A DNA stretch of 64,000 nucleotides from a virus. Below the pieces are notes generated by a model that was given only the letters and a program-made list of their open reading frames with translations, was not told the DNA's origin and ran no database searches. Numbering within the stretch: position 1 is the first letter of the stretch; each line of letters begins with the position of its first letter. The position numbers were made by a program, and so were the translations under genes. Where the stretch lies: positions 64,001 through 128,000 of IMG/VR virus record IMGVR_UViG_3300042453_005121; one strand, written 5' to 3'. Positions 60,916 to 64,000 of the stretch are shown in pieces.

Positions 60916-61123
60916 GATCAAGATTGATTTGAGCGACGACCAGGTTGATCAGATAGTGTTGGAAGAGATCAGAAGGCACTCCGAACTTCTGAAATCCAAT
61001 ATTGCTTCTCTCAAAAGAAAGAGAAGGCGCGAGAAGTACGAGCAGGAAGATTTGGACAGGTTCATTGAAGTGCATGCCGCGATGAAGGTTATCATCGGCT
61101 ACTACGGCAGCCACATCAGTTGA
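60908..61123 (+). CDS. hypothetical protein
   Basis: Overlaps the recA stop; GGGAG RBS. Confidence 0.55.
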   Translation: MIKIKIDLSDDQVDQIVLEEIRRHSELLKSNIASLKRKRRREKYEQEDLDRFIEVHAAMKVIIGYYGSHIS

Positions 61124-61352
61124 TCTTCTTGGCTTCTAAAATTTTGAACTCAACCCTGCGACCTTTGTAGTTCTTGTCGCAGAGGGCCGGAACGAGTTTG
61201 GCAAGGTCAAGGACCTCGGTTTTATTTATGTCGGCCTTGACCACGAACATTTTCGCGCTGAACGCCCGGCAGTATTCCTTCAACTGTTTGTGATTGCTCA
61301 CGAGCGTGAAGAATCTTTTTTTGTCGCTCGTCTCCAGCAGCAGACATTTCAT
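61116..61352 (-). CDS. hypothetical protein
   Basis: AGGAG RBS upstream of ATG. Confidence 0.55.
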   Translation of the reverse strand: MKCLLLETSDKKRFFTLVSNHKQLKEYCRAFSAKMFVVKADINKTEVLDLAKLVPALCDKNYKGRRVEFKILEAKKIN

Positions 61353-61498
61353 TTGTTTTCTCCTATTTTGTTGATCATATCATTTTTTGATGTGATCGTC
61401 AAGGAATTTTTCCAAATTACATTCATGTTTTTGGATTTTGGACAAAGCATCTCATTTATTGTCGTTGTCAAGGATAAATAAAGGTCAGAGGGAATGGC

Positions 61499-61948
61499 AT
61501 GTCAAAATTTGATCGTAAGGTTGAAATCATGCGGAATATGGCCATTGATCTCGTGCCTTACAATTTTCCCATGGGCCCGGTTGAGCTTGAATACCACATT
61601 TCGCCGTTGAAAAAAACCGAGGTGGAGGTTGACGGCTACACGGTCGTTTTTCATCTGAACAGGGCTTCCTACAAGGACCATTATTTAGAGACTTTTCAAG
61701 TCTACAACAAATATGCACCCTTTCTGCCTTTTTGTCTCGTGACCAAACTCGCCAAAAAGGTACTGGGAGGACATTTTCTTTCGCTTGTGGAATTCTATCA
61801 GGATGACCACAAAATTTATTGCTGGAGCGTGTGTCTTGATGACCGCGGCAGGCCGATTTCTTCTCCCATAAAAGAACAATCCAAGCCTAGGGTGTTTGAA
61901 GGATTTGAATACATGTACATGACCCCGGAGCAACTAAATTTGTATTGA
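61499..61948 (+). CDS. hypothetical protein
   Basis: 149-aa ORF; TAAATA and GAGGG upstream. Confidence 0.65.
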   Translation: MSKFDRKVEIMRNMAIDLVPYNFPMGPVELEYHISPLKKTEVEVDGYTVVFHLNRASYKDHYLETFQVYNKYAPFLPFCLVTKLAKKVLGGHFLSLVEFYQDDHKIYCWSVCLDDRGRPISSPIKEQSKPRVFEGFEYMYMTPEQLNLY

Positions 61949-61988
61949 TTTGATTGGAATCTTTTCTTGATGATACGGAGGGCAACCT

Positions 61989-62294
61989 ATGAAGATCGCG
62001 AGCAAGAGCAAGGTTCAACAAATTTTCATGGAGCATCTCATGAGGGATGGGGCCGTGGAACTGGCCCTTCCTAATGGAATGGTTCTTGAGGTGGGCGTCA
62101 CTCAAGAAAACAGATACGGGGATCTGGAGATAATGCCGGACTACTGCTGGGTCATAGCATCCCAGAAGAACAGATCGGTCAGCATAGATCGCTACAATCT
62201 CGGCCTTCGTTATTCCGGAGACAGGGAGATTGTTTGCGAGCACTCCACCATGTCTCCGGACGGAACGAACATAAAGATATTGGACGTCATCTGA
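61989..62294 (+). CDS. hypothetical protein
   Basis: GGAGG RBS. Confidence 0.6.
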   Translation: MKIASKSKVQQIFMEHLMRDGAVELALPNGMVLEVGVTQENRYGDLEIMPDYCWVIASQKNRSVSIDRYNLGLRYSGDREIVCEHSTMSPDGTNIKILDVI

Positions 62295-62302
62295 AACTGA
62301 TA

Positions 62303-62331
62303 TTGACCAGTCTCAATTTGTCTAATAAAAT
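62303..62331 (+). promoter_or_regulatory. sigma70-type promoter TTGACC-17-TAAAAT
   Basis: Near-consensus hexamers with a 17-nt spacer. Confidence 0.65.
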
Positions 62332-62388
62332 ATACCCAGTTCTACGGACTGTTGTTGTCCGTGATTTCGTTGATTCATGGAGTTTTTT

Positions 62389-62661
62389 ATGGCAAAGGCC
62401 GTTAAGTTGGGAAAGTCCGAAGCAGGTTTGATAAAGCAGTATTGTTCTCGTGTTTCCGACGAGGATTTGATGAATCTCGCTCAACTCCTCCCACAGACCA
62501 TCGCGTTTGACAGGTCCGTGGCGTGTGCCATCGTCCAGAAGGACAAGGAAGTTGACAGGTGGCTGTCGCAGGCGTCTGGTTCCGAGGATTTTTTCGCGAA
62601 GATTGACGGAATAGGCGAGCACGCCGTTGCCGAATTGGAAGTCAGGGCGAAGAAGAAATAG
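62389..62661 (+). CDS. hypothetical protein
   Basis: GGAG RBS 6 nt before ATG. Confidence 0.6.
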   Translation: MAKAVKLGKSEAGLIKQYCSRVSDEDLMNLAQLLPQTIAFDRSVACAIVQKDKEVDRWLSQASGSEDFFAKIDGIGEHAVAELEVRAKKK

Positions 62662-62678
62662 GTTCGGGGGGGAAGGGA

Positions 62679-62717
62679 GACCCGCCGCCGGTTTTTGCCG
62701 GCGGCGGGTCGTTTTTT
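62679..62717 (+). terminator. 13-bp GC-rich hairpin with T-run (terminator or RBS-structuring hairpin)
   Basis: GACCCGCCGCCGG-TTTTTG-CCGGCGGCGGGTC-GTTTTTT. Confidence 0.7.
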
Positions 62718-64000
62718 ATGTCAATAATACATCTGAAAGATCAGCCGGAACTCGTGTCCACGTCCTCTTTTGAGTACGGGCAGTATCCGTTTGAGCAATT
62801 CAACCAGGTGCAGAGCAGGGTCTTTGAGGTCCATGGCAACAATTGCAATTGCGTGATCGCGGCTCCTACGGGCGTGGGCAAGACTATATGTGCCGAGATG
62901 TTCATGGCCCACGAGGTCAAATCCAGAGGCGGAAAAGCCATATATCTCGCTCCGCTAAGGGCTTTGGCCAAGGAGAAGATTGACGATTGGACGTCTGATA
63001 ATTCAATCTTTGCTGGCTGCAAGATTTCCATCTGCACGGGCGACTACAGGCTCACCGAGGCCCGTCACAAGGAGATGGAAGAGGCCGACATCATCATCAT
63101 GACATCGGAGATGCTCAACTCCAGATGCAGGAACATGCAGTCCGAGAAGAATGATTTTCTTAAGGATTGCGGAACCATCGTCGTGGACGAGTCCCATTTG
63201 CTGACTGTTCCCGGACGTGGAGATCACCTTGAGGTGGGGCTGATGAAGTTCTCTAGGATTGCACGCGACCCCCGGATCGTATTTCTTTCGGCGACGATGC
63301 CCAACGTGGATCAAATTGCAAGTTGGGTCGGATGCAGCATTGTCCGCAAGGACACTTATCTGATCACGTCCGACTACAGGCCGTGTCCTCTGGATATACA
63401 TTACGAAGAATACGAGTCTTCCGGAACCTACGACATGACCGAGGAGTACAAGGTCTCCAAGGTCGTTGACCTCGTCAAAGAGTACAAGGGGGACAAATTT
63501 CTGGTTTTCGTGCACGCCAAGGCCACCGGCGAGAGGGTGCGAAAGGCCTTGGAGGAAAGAAATGTCAAGTGCGAATTCCACAGCGCCGATTTGGAAAAGG
63601 AAAAAAGGCACGATGTGGAAAAAAGGTTCAAGCATGGCGATCTGAGAGTCTTGATCGCTACGAGCACGGTTGCTTGGGGGTGTAATTTACCCGCTCGCCG
63701 AGTTGTAATAGCGGGCGTACACCGGGGCATGACGGAAGTAGAGACCTACGACATATTCCAGATGGCGGGCCGCGCGGGTCGGCCGGGTTTTGATCCGAGG
63801 GGCGACGTGCACATCCTCCTTCCGGAAGGCAATTCCGATCATCACATTGATCGTCTCTCGCGTCCAAAGAACATTGAATCTCAATTGTTGAGCCACGCCG
63901 GCAGGATAGACGATCCGCACTATAAGACTTTGGCCTTTCACATCGTCAGCGAGATTCACCACGGCGAAATATCAACAAAGGACGACGTACACCATTGGTA
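62718..64000 (+). CDS. Ski2/Hel308-like SF2 helicase (runs off window end)
   Basis: Not in the ORF track. FNQVQ, APTGVGKT, YLAPLRALA, VVDESH, SATMPN, ATSTVAWGCNLPA, QMAGRAGRPGFD. Confidence 0.92.
   Translation, partial: MSIIHLKDQPELVSTSSFEYGQYPFEQFNQVQSRVFEVHGNNCNCVIAAPTGVGKTICAEMFMAHEVKSRGGKAIYLAPLRALAKEKIDDWTSDNSIFAGCKISICTGDYRLTEARHKEMEEADIIIMTSEMLNSRCRNMQSEKNDFLKDCGTIVVDESHLLTVPGRGDHLEVGLMKFSRIARDPRIVFLSATMPNVDQIASWVGCSIVRKDTYLITSDYRPCPLDIHYEEYESSGTYDMTEEYKVSKVVDLVKEYKGDKFLVFVHAKATGERVRKALEERNVKCEFHSADLEKEKRHDVEKRFKHGDLRVLIATSTVAWGCNLPARRVVIAGVHRGMTEVETYDIFQMAGRAGRPGFDPRGDVHILLPEGNSDHHIDRLSRPKNIESQLLSHAGRIDDPHYKTLAFHIVSEIHHGEISTKDDVHHW

Overview
The window is a gene-dense fragment of a large, T4-like myovirus (contractile-tailed Caudoviricetes) genome. 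It has no rRNA, no recognisable tRNA and no CRISPR array. All calls come from reading motifs by eye; no database search was run. From left to right it contains: (1) a neck/tail block (gp14-like, gp15-like, tail sheath, two tail tubes, and a tail/baseplate chaperone with a likely -1 frameshift); (2) a gp55-like late sigma factor; (3) an early ParB-like/S1-domain operon; (4) a resolvase, SET-domain protein, dUTPase, NrdAB and SbcCD; (5) a dispersed glycosylation gene set; (6) a UvsW-like helicase with a class-3 LAGLIDADG intein; (7) collagen-like and LamG fibre genes; (8) a replication/repair block (minimal family-A polymerase, GMP reductase, DnaB-like helicase, UvsY-like protein, HhH glycosylase, gp32-like SSB, RecA/UvsX, Ski2/Hel308-like helicase). 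The most striking unexplained element is a ~280-nt, multi-branched, GNRA-tetraloop-rich intergenic RNA-like structure (49627-49903) followed by a cluster of palindromes. It lies between a divergent gp59-like gene and a thumb-less, exonuclease-dead family-A DNA polymerase, and is a candidate RNA-primed origin or RNA-polymerase ribonucleoprotein system. Also notable are eight unrelated proteins with a T4-like capsid-targeting N-terminus and a recurrent CTA(T/G/A)ATA motif 4-6 nt before start codons, suggesting leaderless late mRNAs.
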